From positions 247,752,001 through 247,816,000 of the forward strand of contig NC_067403.1 in assembly GCF_016432865.1 (NCBI RefSeq): a DNA stretch of 64,000 bases, read 5' to 3'. The notes below the pieces were generated by a model. That model was given only the letters and a program-made list of their open reading frames with translations, was not told the origin of the DNA and did no database searches. Source of the DNA: Antechinus flavipes (Eukaryota). The position numbers were made by a program, and so were the translations under genes. Positions 1-13,330 of this stretch are shown here, piece after piece; the first letter of the stretch is position 1, and every line of letters starts with the position of its first letter.

Positions 1-830
1 CAATTCATATTTCTCCCATTATCTAGATTTCTCTTTTTTTGTGTAAAATATTTTGAAGTTGTATCCATATAGTTCCTATGCATGTCTTGGCAGTAGACTT
101 CCAAGTATTTTATGCATCAAACAATTATTTTAAATGAAATTTCTCATTATGTCTCTTGCTGAGTGTTGTTGAAAGGGAACAAAACACTGATAATTTATGC
201 AGATTAATTTTACATTCAGTAACTTTACTGAAATAGGTAATTGTTTCCAATTAGATTTTTATTTGACTCTCCAGGCTTCTGTAAGTAAGCCACTATATGA
301 TTTGCATTTGCATTTTGATTCTTTTTAAAATTTATTCCCTCAGTTTCTTTTTCTTTTCTTATTAGTAGAGCTAGAATTTCTAGGAGCATATCAAATAGTA
401 ATAATGTTTATGGACACCATTGCTTTATGCTTGACCTTACAGAAAAGGTCTATACTTTATTACTATTTGGCTCTTGATTTTAGATAAATATGACATCATA
501 TCAAGGAAAGATTTATTCGTATGCTTTCTAGTACTTTTAAAAAATAGGAATGGTGATTTATTTTGTTGAAAGCATGTACTGATAAAATCATATCATTTTT
601 GCTTTCCCATTACTGGAGTTGTTTCTTATATTTACAAATTTTTAATATTTGTCCTTTCCTGAGTTACTATATAACTCCAAAATAGTCACATTATTTTTTG
701 TTGTTGTTGTTGCATTTTGATTTAGTTACTTTGCTATTTTTTTGCTAAAATTTTTTTTGCATCAATATTCATTAGGAGTTTTTATCCTACTTCTTGTTTT
801 ATTTTTTTGGTCAAAAGTTACATAGTAAGC
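1..830 (-). mobile_element. Decayed L1 ORF2 fragment, antisense
   Basis: T-rich strand with L1 ORF2 antisense-type phrases (e.g. agagctagaatttctagga...aaatagtaataat, tatgatttgcatttg). No open frame. Boundaries approximate. Confidence 0.55.
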
Positions 831-1208
831 TTCAGAGATGAGATTCAAACCCAGGCTTTAGTTTTCTGATTCTAAATCTATCACTCTTTTCACTATACCC
901 ATTTGCCTCTTTCCCCAGTATGAAGAATAATAGTGTACACATAATAAGTGCTTTATAAATACTTGTTGTATTAATTGATCTGGGCAATTTTTTTTATCAC
1001 TAAGAGGTTTTGGGAAGGGAAGAGTGGGTAGAAGGATTATATACATTAAATGACAGCATTTAAAAAGATCCCACAGTCATGGAGTGGTAAAAGAGAAGCC
1101 TCAAGAGATTTTAGTCAGATAACAGGTGAATCCCATGTACTTTCCTAATGACTTGGACAGAGTCACTAGCAAGGGTCATGGGGAGAGAACAATCCAGTCC
1201 CAAGAGTC

Positions 1209-2147
1209 TTACAAAGAGACACATTTCTTGTTTATGAGTTTCATTAGGGCTCCTTTTATGTCTTTATTCCTTAAGCTATAAATGAAGGGGTTGACCATTG
1301 GGGTTACCACAGTAAAGAGCACAGCCCCGATTTTCTCATTGTTGGCTGATGGGACAGAGGAGGGCAGGAAATAAACTCCAACAATTGTCCCATAGAAGAG
1401 TGTAACCACTGAGAGATGGGAGCCACAAGTAGAGAAGGCTTTCCATTTTCCTCCAGTGGATGAGATTTTCAGGACAGTGAAGACAATGCAGATGTAAGAA
1501 AAGAGGATAAGCCCAAAAGGAATCGCAATAACAGATGAACCTAGGATGAACATGACCAACTGATTGATGATTGTGTCTGAGCAGGAAAGATTGAGCAGAG
1601 GGGCCAAGTCACAGAAAAAATGAGGAATAGTGTTGGCGTCACAGAAGGTCAACTGGACCAGCAGAAGGGTGTGAGTCAGGGCAACCATGTTACTGAGAAC
1701 CCAGGAGATGGCCATCAATAAAGTACAGAGTCTGGGTCTCATGAATGTTACATAGTTCAAAGGATAACAAATAGCCACAAACCGATCATAAGCCATAACC
1801 CCCAAGAGGAAATTATCAATGACAACAAACACAATGGAAAAATACATCTGGGCGACACACTCCCCAAAGGAGATGGATTGGCTTTTGCTCTGGATGTTCA
1901 CCAGCATCTTGGGGACTGAAGTAGAAATGCTGGAAATGTCAGCCAAAGACAAGTTGGCAAGGAAGATATACATGGGAGTGTGAAGGTAAGAGTCCAGACT
2001 GATGGCCAGGATGATGAGCAGATTCCCAATCACTGTTACCAAATACATGCCCAGGAAGAGGACAAAGAGAAGCTGCTGATGCTCAAGATGTTCAGAAAGT
2101 CCCAGGAGAAGGAATTCAGAGACCCTGGTTTGGTTTCTTTGGTGCAT
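1209..2147 (-). CDS. OR1S1: Olfactory receptor, OR1S subfamily (OR1S1/OR1S2-like), 312 aa, intact
   Basis: The true start is MHQRNQ (ATG at 2147); the longer ORF call starts inside the intron. OR motifs LHTPMY, MAYDRFVAIC, KAFSTCGSH and PMVNPFIYSLRN are present. The sequence closely matches recalled human OR1S (ISSISxSVPKML, YFSIVFVVIDN, KIGAVLFTVVTP). A strong acceptor (tttttcttccctcag) lies 19 nt before the ATG, AG-containing triplet at 2167-2169. S1 versus S2 cannot be resolved. Confidence 0.93.
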   Translation of the reverse strand: MHQRNQTRVSEFLLLGLSEHLEHQQLLFVLFLGMYLVTVIGNLLIILAISLDSYLHTPMYIFLANLSLADISSISTSVPKMLVNIQSKSQSISFGECVAQMYFSIVFVVIDNFLLGVMAYDRFVAICYPLNYVTFMRPRLCTLLMAISWVLSNMVALTHTLLLVQLTFCDANTIPHFFCDLAPLLNLSCSDTIINQLVMFILGSSVIAIPFGLILFSYICIVFTVLKISSTGGKWKAFSTCGSHLSVVTLFYGTIVGVYFLPSSVPSANNEKIGAVLFTVVTPMVNPFIYSLRNKDIKGALMKLINKKCVSL

Positions 2148-2261
2148 GTTTCTTATGGTCTTTAATCTGAGGGAAGAAAAATATATTGACAAAAAAACCA
2201 CTGATCATTTCTATTATTTAATAGGCTAGGATACATAGTGTTAATGCTTCAGGTATATAAC

Positions 2262-2480
2262 TGCTACAGTAAATAGAGAATTGGTTCTTGAATCAGGAAA
2301 CCTGAATTCAAATCCTGCCTCAGATATTTAATAGCTCATTCTAATTTTTTATAATGAGCAAGTCACATAACATCTATCTACCTTAGTTTCTTCAACTATA
2401 AAATGAGAATAATAACAGTACCTACCTTCTAGAGCTATGAGACTCAAATGAGATATTTGTAAAGTATTTAGCACTTAATA
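2262..2480 (+). mobile_element. MIR/CORE-SINE
   Basis: tRNA-like head (cctgaattcaaatcctgcctcag), core (ccttagtttcttcaactataaaatgag) and tail (aaatgagatatttgtaaagtatttagcact). Confidence 0.7.
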
Positions 2481-2689
2481 AACATTTCCTTCTTCTTTCC
2501 AGCCTATATCATGGTAATGCCAGTGATTAGAATTTTGATACCAAATGGAGGCCCTGGGTAAGATAGCATTTGTGGAGTAGTCAGAGATCATAATCCAGTC
2601 TTCCAGTGAGATAACTTTTTTTCCTCCTCAGAGTGATCGTAACCTATATTAGAATGTCATTTTAAAATGTAAGAAAGGATTCTGGGAAA

Positions 2690-5600
2690 GTTACAAAGTA
2701 AGTCAGAAAACTTTTGGCTCTCCAAACTTCCTCCACCAAAAATGACAGAACATCACCTCAGAGAATCAGAAATATACATGGGTTAAAGCAGTTGTCCCCC
2801 TAAGGCAATTTGTGAAGACCCTAGGAAAGATGTTACTTTCTGCCTGAGTGAAGTCTAAACATCTCCAGGATGATTCAGCAGGATCAACAAACAGGAAATT
2901 CTGGGGGCAGCTGGATTGAGAAAGTCTCAACCTTAGAAAGTTTCTTCTTACAGACAGTGTAGAGTTCTGATGGTTGAATAAGAAGGACCTTCCACTGTTG
3001 AAGGATGTCAAGCACAACTGTTATGATGAGACACATAGGGCTGTGGCTATAGGAGAAAGGAATTAGCATGCTTGTAGTGAGTAGAATAGTAAGGTTGAGG
3101 ACCCTGTTGAATGGGAGCACTTAAAGGTGCTTCCATTTGGGACAGATTACAGCCATAGTTTGCAGCTACTGAAAGGACCTCAGAGAGCAAGATCATTTGC
3201 AGAAAAGTGTGACAGGGGGCCCGTCTCATAGTTTGGGAGTGGAGAAGAGATCCCAAGGTTAGGCACCAAGACAGATTTCAGAAAATAACAGTAAGGTGGA
3301 CTTGAATCTTGAAGCATCCTACTCACACCTTGGGACTACAACTTACTTATACTGATAATCGCTGAAAAACAAAAGAAAACCAAGAAATGAGTATTTAAAG
3401 GAGAAAGAACCCAATTGTTGATAGTTACTATGGGGATAGAAAAGATCTGGGTTTCTATTCAAAGGAAGATAAAAAAAAGCCACAACTTTTTTCTTAAATG
3501 AGCAATATCAAATAGTCCCAAGACAAAAATAGTTCTTAGAAAAACTGTAAAATTTAGGACTTTAAAAATCAAATAAGAGTGATTGAGAAAAAATTAGAAA
3601 AAATAAGAGCAATCCAAGAAAAAAAAATTGTGAAAAGAAAAACAAAAAACTAGAAATAAAGAATAAAAAACTCAAGAAAGAAAATATTACTTTTAAATCA
3701 GCACTGGGCAAAGAAAAGTGAATGATATTCTAACACTAAGAAATCATAAAACAAAATTAAAAAATGAAAAAAAAAAGAGAAGGTAAAACATCTCATCAAG
3801 AAAAACAACTGATCTGGAGAACAGATGGAAGAGAAATAATATGAGTAGTCAGACTACCTGAAAATTTTGATTAAAAAAAGAATCTTGATACAATATTTTA
3901 AGAATTATCAAGGAAAACTTCCCTGAAGTTCTAGAACAAGAAGGAAAAATAGAAATAGTAAAAATCCATTGATTACCATTTGAAAGAGATCCCAGGAAGA
4001 AAACATATAGATATATGATAGCCAAGTTTCAGAGCTCCCAGGCTAAAGAAAAAATATTTGAAGCAACAATAAACCAGTTTAAATATAATGGATCTACAAT
4101 AAGACTTATACAGGATCTAAAGCAACTATGTTGAAGGACTGTATATTTCATAGTGTAAAAGAGCTGGGGTTTTGACCAAGGATGATTTACCCATCAAGGT
4201 TTAAGTATAATCCTGAATGAAAAAAAAAGATCATCTAACAAACTCAGAGGCTTTCAGGTTTTTGTGATAAAATCCCCAGAACTTAAAGGAAAATCTACAT
4301 ATAACATCCAGGAGAAATATATGGTAAATATTAAAGACCAATTATCTGTTTCTCAATAAGGACAAGTTGTTTGCCTCATATATGTGAAAATATTAGCAGT
4401 ATTCTTATGACTGTCATCATTATTTGGGTATTTTGAAAGAAATGTGCAGACAAAGCTGAGTGTAATGGGGTGATTCTAAAAATGTAATACTATGTAGGGA
4501 GAGAGAAAAAGTAATTATCTCATACAAATGCACAAAATGAAAAAAAATGATACAGAAGAAACTAGTAAAGAGAAGGACACGTAGTTACTCTCATCAAGGA
4601 TGGGTTAAAGAGGAAACAACATATATATATGTATATATATGGATGGATTCAGAAAGAAATAAGATGACAAGGGTTAGAGTTGGGGAAAGGGCAAAGGAGG
4701 TACTCTTAGAATGGTAGATAATAAGAAGGCAAGATAGCAGGTAGAAGTAAGATAGAGGAGTGAGGAGTGATTGAGCAAATCAGTGTAAAGAACTGAGGAG
4801 AAATAGGAAGGAGGAAAATTTGCAACAAGTAATTGCAGCTTTCAGTGTGAATGGGACAAATTTACCTATAAAATAGAAGCAGATAGCAAATTAAAAATTT
4901 GAATTCAACAATATGTTGTTTTCAAGAAACATTTTAAGAGATATGCACAAAGATAAAGGGCATGAGTAGAACTCAGTATATAAAAAAATGGGAATATCAA
5001 TTCTGATCTCAAAGTCAAAATTAAATAGATTTAATCAAAAGTGAAAAATAGTGAAAGTATACTATATGTCAGCATTGTTATTCAATCTTGTTTTAGATCA
5101 TTTAAAATATGTAGAAGGCATAAAATACCTGAGTGTGTATCTATCATAACAAATGCAGGAACAATATGAACGTAAAACACTTTAAACACAAGTAAACTCA
5201 GATATAAATAAATATTTATGGTTTACAGGTAAGTAAAATAAATATAATTTTTAAAATGACAATTTTACCTAACTAATCTATTTATTCAATATCATCACAA
5301 TGAAATTAGTAAGAAAATTATTTTATATAGTTAGAAAAAATAAAAACAAAGTTCATTTGGAAGAACAAAAGATCAAAAACTTCATAGTGACCAGGGGGAA
5401 AAGATGTAAAGGAAGTAGATTCAAGAGTATCAGAGGTTAAAATAAATTATAAAGTGAGAGAATCACTGAAATATAAAAAAAGAAAATGCCAATTTTTATT
5501 AACTAAAATTTTTGTCTATAAGTAAAACCTATGAAACTGAGAATAGAAGGCATGCAGAAAGCTGGGGAAAAACATTCACAGACAATTTCTCAGACAGGTA

Positions 5601-5700
5601 CATGATTGGGTTGGAATATTGCTATAATATAGAAAATGATAAACTGGTTGATTTAGAAAAACTTAGACTTATGAAAGAAGATGCTACATACCCTCATAGA
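2690..5700 (+). mobile_element. Marsupial L1 with 5'UTR, ORF1 and an internally deleted ORF2
   Basis: ORF1-like peptides TTDLENR (~3805) and KENFPEVLEQEGKIE (~3910). ORF2 endonuclease start ...SVNG...PIK (~4840) jumps to RT-like LLFNLVL (~5075). Many stops and frameshifts. Confidence 0.75.
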
Positions 5701-6149
5701 AACATATAATAAAAGAAAATAAACATAACACAATCTTACATATGTGTATGAATATGTATGTATATATATCTTTATAGCTATTTATTTATATATTATATAT
5801 ATATATGTTTAATTATAACACTTTAGAATAGGAGGGGGAAAGGGAGAAAAATAAAGTAAAAAGTAAAAAACAGTAGAAAACAAAAGAAAACCTGCAAGGA
5901 AACAAAGAAAAGCTTCATAGCTTTGAAGACAATGTGTAGAATTTATTATATAGATTTTCTTGAAGTGGAAATGTATTGTTTTATATTGAATCATCTCTTA
6001 TAAACTGTAGTGTACCTGGCAATTTCTTTTGTTTTCTTATTTTGTATTTAAATTTGAAATTTAAAAAATTATCCCCTCTCCCCACAAAAAAACCCAACCA
6101 ACCAAACAAAAAACACATGTAAGTTTCTCTTGTATAATTTGTAATGTAT

Positions 6150-6720
6150 GATGTTGGGATTAGGTGATCTCTATGGTCTATTCTTGCTCTGAAAATAAAT
6201 GTTCTAAGGTACCTTTGATCTCTGAAGTTCTTTGTTCTTTGATCTAAGGTTTTTTTCCCCCCAGGATGGATATTTTAAGTTCTATGGTTATGATTTCTTC
6301 AGGCTAAAATTGTATATTCAATGTTCTAAGGTCTTTCTCATTACTAACATTTTATAATGGCCAATTCTGGTATTCAACATTTTTATGTTCTAAGGGTTTT
6401 TCTAATTCTGATCTTCCTAATTCTCACACATTCTTCTCTTCCCAGATATGGTATATTCTTTGTTTAAAATTATTCCTAGTTCTGATATTCTTTGTTTTTT
6501 GCTCTATGGACCTTATTTCAGATATTCAGTGTTCCTTGTTCTAATATTTCTTTCATTCCAGGCATTCTTTCTTCTTTTCTTTCAGATCCCTCTCAATTTT
6601 ATCTGTCTATGTTTTATTCCAAGGCCCCTGCTAGCTCTGATAGTCTATGGGTTTTTTTTTTTTGGTTGCTAAAAGTTTATTTTAATCCAGAATTCTAAAT
6701 TCTATTTTAAGATCTGTTTT
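6150..6720 (+). repeat. Degenerate tandem array of a ~30-40 bp unit resembling the L3/MIR3 3' terminus
   Basis: Recurring variants of (g/t)ttctaaggt...(c/t)tctga...tt(c)t(a)tg, roughly 8-10 times. Confidence 0.5.
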
Positions 6721-6989
6721 GCTTTCCTCTAATTTTTGTTTTTAAGTCTCTTATAATTTATAAATTGCTGTCATTATTATTACTAATTTAAACTATTTAA
6801 TATTCAACAGACCTATCAAGATTCTCACTCTTAATAAATGCAAAAACAAAGCAGATGGTCTCTTTCACCAGTAGAGATGATAATTTTGGGCACTAAAGGG
6901 TGAAACCTACTCTTGCTTATTTTCCTACAAAGCTTATAGTTTATAAAACATTTCTTCATTATGAGTATAATTGTACCCACCCTTTAGAT

Positions 6990-7390
6990 TTTTTTTTTTT
7001 ACTCAACAGTATTTTATTTCTTCAATTGCATATAAAGATATTTTTCAACATTTACTTTTGCAAGATTTTGAATTTCAGTTTTTTTGTCCCTCTCTTCCTA
7101 AGATAGAAAGCAATTTGATATTAGTTATACATGTACATTCATTTAAAAATATTTTCATTAGTCATGTTGTGAAAGGAAAATCAAAACAAAAGGGAAAAAC
7201 CACAAGAAAGAAAAATAAAAGAGACTGGAAATAGTATGCATTGATCTTCATTAATCTTCATAGTTCTTTCCCTGGATGCAGATTTTCCATCCCAAATCTA
7301 TTGGAATTCTTTTGGATCATTATTGCTGAGAATTAAGTCTATCATAGTTGATCATCATACAATATTGTTGTTATTGTACCCACAATTTTC
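6990..7390 (-). mobile_element. L1 3' end (marsupial type), antisense
   Basis: T-rich tail followed by cttcaattgcatataaagatatttttcaacatt...gatagaaagcaatttgatattagttatacatgtac, typical of the marsupial L1 3'UTR read antisense. Confidence 0.65.
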
Positions 7391-7479
7391 CCACAAGAAG
7401 AAGCTAAAATCAAGTAATGGGAAGTTACTTACCCAAAGTCTTCTTCCTACTGAATGGCAAAAACAGTTTTTCATTTCTG

Positions 7480-7790
7480 GAAGAGACCTCAGAACCTAGC
7501 TAGTCCAACCCATCTCTGGGGAACAATCTCGTCTACAACATCCATATTAAGAAATTACTCAGACTCCATTTGAAATTCTTTGTTGAAGGGGAATCCATTA
7601 GTTTTCAATGAAGCATGGTCCACATTGGCTTTCAGGACATTTTTCATTATAGAAAGTAGAAACCTACCTCCCAACAACTGCTACCCATTGTTCCTCATCC
7701 TATCCTCTGGAGCTAAGCAGAAGAAGTCTAATTTATCTCCCAAATGGCAACTCTTCAAGACTGATATATGTTTTCCTTAAGTGTTGTTAA
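7480..7790 (-). mobile_element. L3/CR1 fragment
   Basis: CR1 3'-region antisense phrases (ctagtccaaccc, ctacccattgttcctcatcctatcctctggagc). Confidence 0.55.
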
Positions 7791-8519
7791 GGTAGTCAGG
7801 AGTCACTAGAGTCAGGAGTCCATCCAAGGTCTATTATCTCTATTCTCAGAATTCTTAAATCTGTGGAACTTCTCCATAGTTCCATGGAACAATACAATCT
7901 ATGGAGATCAAAGGCAGTTCATAAGTATTACTATATTTGATAATGAAAAAGACAGTAATGTGTTTTAATTCCTATTTTTATTATTCAATTATTGAAGGAT
8001 AAAAAAGTACTTCTGAGGAATAAGTTGAGATGAATGAAGACTTTAACATACTTTAACATAAACAGTTTCTTCAATAAATCTGGGAATATTTTAGCATGGA
8101 AAAGAGAAGTCTAGGGAGGACATGAGGAAAGCTAGTAATTGATAGGTAACATAGTATAATGAAATCAAGTTTCCAAAAGATTCCAACAAATTAGAACATT
8201 GAAATGAATGTAATAAAATGAATAAGGTCTTGCATTTTAATAAAACAAAAATATACTTTCCAAATATATGATGGTGGGTAGGGAAGACATAAATAGACAG
8301 GAGAGGTGAGATTCACCTTATTTTCAGATTGTTTTTGATGAACTGATTGGTTTTGCAGATTTTTCTCTTTTCTTCCTAATTTTCTTTTCTTTTCTTTTGA
8401 AAAAATCTTTATTGTCTGGTATGGCTCTGTTAGAGAGGGATGTGAGGGGGAAATCTAGGCAATACAAAAATAGACATCAATTTAAATTTATGTAAAAGCA
8501 AAAGAAAGCAAGATGTTCA

Positions 8520-9050
8520 GGACTTAAGGAGTCGACTGTCCTGTTTTACTCTTCCTTGTCAGACAACATGGAATGTTGTGCTTACTTCTGGGTGATTTAT
8601 TTTAGAAGGATTTTTGATTAGTTGAATAGTGTTCATGAGAACGCAAAATAGGATGGTGTAAGGCCTCAAGGATATGTCATGCATAGATTAGTTGAAAGAA
8701 CTGGAGATGATTAGCTTAGCCAAGCAACTATGTTTGGGGTACATGATTAGTGATTGCCATGTATTTGAAGGGCTAGTATGTGAAATGGGGATCAGACTTG
8801 TCATGTTTGATCCTGGAGGAAAGAACTGGGAGTAATGCGTGGAAGATGTTGTGAGGCAAGCTTAGGGTTGATGCTAGGTGAAATGTAGAAACCTTGATGA
8901 TGATCCAACAATGCAATGGGCTATTTCAGGAGGTAGCAAATTCTTCCTTATGAGAGGTCTACTTATAAAGGTTGGAAAGCCATTTATCTGAATTGCTATA
9001 GATGAGTCACTTCTCAATATTGAATATACTATCTTATCTTTCTCAGAGCT
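8520..9050 (+). mobile_element. L3/CR1 3' region
   Basis: CR1 RT C-terminal-type sequence (ttgaaagaactggagatgattagc, gtatttgaagggc, ggaaagaactgggagtaatg). Confidence 0.6.
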
Positions 9051-9544
9051 TTGATGTGATATGCTGAAACCTAGTGTCTATTTTAAGTATCACTTTGAGT
9101 AGTGAAAAGAATAATAGAGAGATGCAAATGGGATGTCAGGAAGAATAGGGTAGCTTTTCCAAGAAGAATATTTTTCTTAAAGGATGGGAATAAAGAAAAT
9201 GAGATAGAAGTGTTAGAAAAGAAAACTGAAGGGGGGCATACAATGAAAACTGGAAAATTTGTACATGAGAGAACATTGCAAGAGAAATGAGAACACCACA
9301 TAGAAATAGAAGCATTGGAAGAAAATTGCAATAAGAAGGCAGATGGAATAAAGTGTTTGGAAAGAAATGAATGAAAAATATAAAATTTTTAGAAACTGAA
9401 AGAGAAAATCATTGTAAAATATAGGGGGACTAGGGGAACTATGCTTGAGAGAACTGATAGCAGCAGCATTTCACTTTCCCATAGTTTCCTAGTTTAGAAT
9501 GGACTAAATTCCCAACCTTTATTCTTAAGTAGATTCTTTTGTTA

Positions 9545-10200
9545 GTCAATCAACATGTATTAATTAAATAGCCATTATGGGCCAGGCGTTATGCTAAGCT
9601 TGAGGGATACAAAGAATGAAATAATCCCTACTTTCCATTTTATCAGAGAGAATCTGTGTGCACATGTAAATATATGCAGAATAAAAAGAGTAACCATAAG
9701 GTTACAAGATAGTTGGGAGAACACTAGCTGCTGGGAAGGGGAGGCACAGAAAAGGCTCCCTGTTGAAGGTATCTTGAAGAAAGAGAGGGATTCCATGGGT
9801 AAGAGGGGAAGAAAGAATGAATTCCAGGCATGGAGAAGGGGCCTACTTCTTCATGGAGACAGGAAATGAGATGATGAAGAAGAGAGAGAATTCTAATTTG
9901 ACTACATCATAGATATGTAAAAGGGAGTAATTTATAAAAAGGCTGAAAGTTAGGTTGAAATCAGGTTGTGAAGGGCTTTAAAATTTAAACAGTTTGTATA
10001 TGAGCCTAGAGTCAACAGAAAGCCACTGGAGTTGATTGAATAGGTAAGTGCCATGGTTACATCTGTGCTAAGGAAAGTCATTTTGCCACCTGTGCATGGA
10101 AAAGTCTGGGACAGAGAGAAACTTGAGGGAGAGAGATCAATTCAAAGGCCATTTCAATAATCTAGGTGAGAGGTAACTAAGGTGGTGACTGGATGATTAG
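9545..10200 (-). mobile_element. L2 3' portion
   Basis: Begins with the reverse complement of the L2 terminus (tcaatcaacatgtattaattaaatagccattatgggccaggc) and continues with gaaagccactggag and aggaaagtcatttt motifs. Confidence 0.65.
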
Positions 10201-12399
10201 AGATTACCACCCCTGTTTTATTTATGAGGATCCTGAAGCTAGAGAGATACTTATCTCAATCACACAATTACTAAGTCTTTGAGGTAAGATGTAAATCCTG
10301 ACCTTCCTTACTCTGAGTCCAATATTATTTACTTTTTTCAGTATTTACTTAAAAATGTATAATCAACTAGTGAATAAATGATTTTTTACTGACTCTAGGG
10401 AACTACTTTCATAGTCCAGACTTGAAGAACTGGATTGTAATTTGAAATGAACCCAGATTGTACTGACTTGTGAAGGGACTATATATATCTTTGAGTGAGA
10501 ATCCCTTATTTCTTCTCCCACCCTGAGACACCAGAATCCATTTGATCCTTAGGAGAGTGAGATTTTTCTGTCTGATGTTTGAAGCTGATAGAAAATGTAA
10601 AAACGACTCACCTTTAGATGATGAGACATCCACAGCAAGACCCTATCTAGAGAAGTAAGGTTCTTTCTTTATGAATACAACACCATAGATGTGAAGTCAG
10701 TGACAGTGAGGACCATTGAGCAGACCTTAATCCTTAAGCACTTGAATGTAGAAGAATGGATGAACATGACAAAGACTTGTCTGGTTTATTTACTGGGTTC
10801 TTAGACCTCTGGGAACAGATCCCTGAAGCTCCCCATGAAAGAAAAACTCAGAAATACTTCTATTCCATCCTCCTGAGTCATATTCTCTGGTGGAATGGAT
10901 GTTGTTTTCTGCTCTGGTGTCTGATTTCTGCTAATAGGAATAGTTTCTTCCTTTGAACTCCTCAAACATTTACTATCTATGCCATTAAATTACTTTCTAT
11001 TGCTATTTTCAACACATAGATATCTTCTTAATAGGTCTACGAGGTCAAAAGGGACAAAGATTTATCCTGTAAATTTCCAAGAGAATTGTGTCATCTTTTC
11101 ATAGAGTTTTCAGAACACTGGGTTCATAGAAGATCATAGAACTTAGAGATGGAAGAAAACATAGACATTGTCTAATCAAATAATTTCATTTTTATACATG
11201 AGGAAATGGAGTCCCATAGGCAAATGTTTTCCATAAGCACACCTAGCTAATAAATAGCAGATATGAAATTAAAGCCTGGGTCTTCCAGTCTCTAATCCAA
11301 TATTAGATCCCTTTATAGAATTTAAGTAATTCAAGAGTAATATTAGATATCACTTACATTATTTATCACTTTCTGCTACTCAGAAAACTGCCAAGTTGGA
11401 ATTCATTAGATAGTAAGTTCTTTGAGGGCAGAGATTATATTTGTCTCTTTTTGTAACACTGGTATTTAGCAGAGAGCCTAGGACTTAGTCAGTAGTTAAT
11501 GAATGTATATTGATTGAAATTCTTAAGAGCAGTGCTTCCTGGACTGCCTTGGAGATGAGATTTTCATCTTTAGTTCCAACTAATTCTCTCTCCCTTTCAA
11601 GTAAATGAAGTAAAATTTCCTTTCTGGGATCTTTGTTCATGTCCTTGGAGACACGATTCCTTCAAAGATACATCTAAGTGAACCCTAAAATCAAAATTTC
11701 TAGTTCTAGTTGGAAAAGTTCTAAGATCATTTATAAAACTAAATCATGACTTGATAGCCCCCAGAAATGTCTCTTAACCTGTCAACCAGAACTTCAAGGT
11801 CCTACCTGTAGGCTCCCCCAGAGCTAACCCCTCAAGCATACGCTGAGCTTAAGTAATGACATTTCTGCAGACCATGGAAACAAATTCTTAAAAAAAATTT
11901 TAAAAAATTGTAAAAAATTTTTTTTGTTTAAAAAACAATTAAAAAAAGATTAGTTTTACAAAATTCTCTCAGCTATCTCATCAGCACCTAGAAACTTAAA
12001 GGAGGAGCTAACAATTGTAGCTGAAGGTGAAGTCCAATAGAATTAAGCTTATTGTAGGCAGGAGTTGATTTATTTTTGTCTTTGTATTCCCAGAATCCAG
12101 CACTGTACTGTGCATGCTCATGAGTTATGCATTCAATAGTAATTTAATACATTCTTGTTGAGTTCAATGGAATTGAATTAGATTTTCCAAATGACAGTCA
12201 TTTCCTATCATATACTGACTCATCACAGCATTCTCTTCTGTAACAAAGAATTTCAGTGTTCATGAAGGAGGAAATGAGGTACTTGTGGATGCTGGAAAGA
12301 TGAAGAATATGAACATCTCTTTGTGTAACTGCTGTGGTATGGAGAAAGTTAGTCTTGAGAATTGGATCGACTAAAAAGTTTGATTTTGTTAGTTAGAAT

Positions 12400-13330
12400 C
12401 TAGAAGTAATCCTCTAGTGTCAGGGCAGGGGATGGAGAAGAAAGAGACTTCACATGAGCCTGACACTGAACACATTACACAATGAAAGAACATGCTTTGG
12501 GTTACAGTGTCAGAAATAAAGATCCACAGGAGTTAATTTGGGTAACAAATTGGACCTCAAAGATACAGTTGCTTAGTAAAATGATAGAGGTGGAGTCTAG
12601 AAGTGGTCGTAGGGGGTAGGTAGAATTCTGATTCCCTCACAGTGATCAGTGAACTGGGGAAGATGAAAAAAAGTGTAGTGAATACTATGAAAAATGATAG
12701 GGAATGAGAAGCTGTGTCTAAGTAAAGGAGAGATGATCAAAGGAATGAGAAACAAATAATACAGGAGAAAGTTGGTAATTATGAAGTTACACCAGAGAGA
12801 ATAGTGGAAGGGACACATAGATCTACAGTTGAGTGAGATGTTGAGTGGTAGTGTTATTTTGACTGAAGTGAACACAGGTGAAAGAACGATGAGTTGAGGA
12901 AAGGGAACAGTTTGTACACCAGTAGGCAAGGTGCAGCCTTACCAAGATGAGACCGTCTTAGAGGTTTGGGGTATGCTTGCTATTGAGAAGTGACTGTAGG
13001 CAGAAGATTAGCAATTGGAAAGAGATCCATTGAGGAAATTAGACAGTTTAAAGTCCTTCCTTGGGGTTCAACACCTTGTAGGATGGAGATGAATCCCTGA
13101 GATGCAAAAAGGCATCTTACAAAGACAGGAGCAAGCAGAGACCAGTTAGGAGGAAGATGTGCCTTGCTTATCTTAGAGATCTTGTCACTGATGGGTTTCT
13201 CTGGCACTGGAGATGACCTAGGGCAAAGCCAGGCTGAAACATAGTGGTAGAAATGGCTTTGGGCTAAGAGGGTCAGACTAGAAACTTCAGGAGTGAAGGA
13301 AGCAGGAAATGGGTTTCCAGACCAGGCGTG
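12400..13330 (-). mobile_element. L2 internal (RT-region) fragment
   Basis: Purine-rich L2 antisense pattern (ggagatgatcaaaggaatgag, gttgagtgagatgttgagtgg). Boundaries approximate. Confidence 0.5.

Noticed and set aside
10400-10960. Possible OR pseudogene on the minus strand (NRSISEFF, NLTSLD)
   Set aside because: Motif spacing does not match ORs, and there is no MAYDRY, STCxSH or PxxNP remnant.
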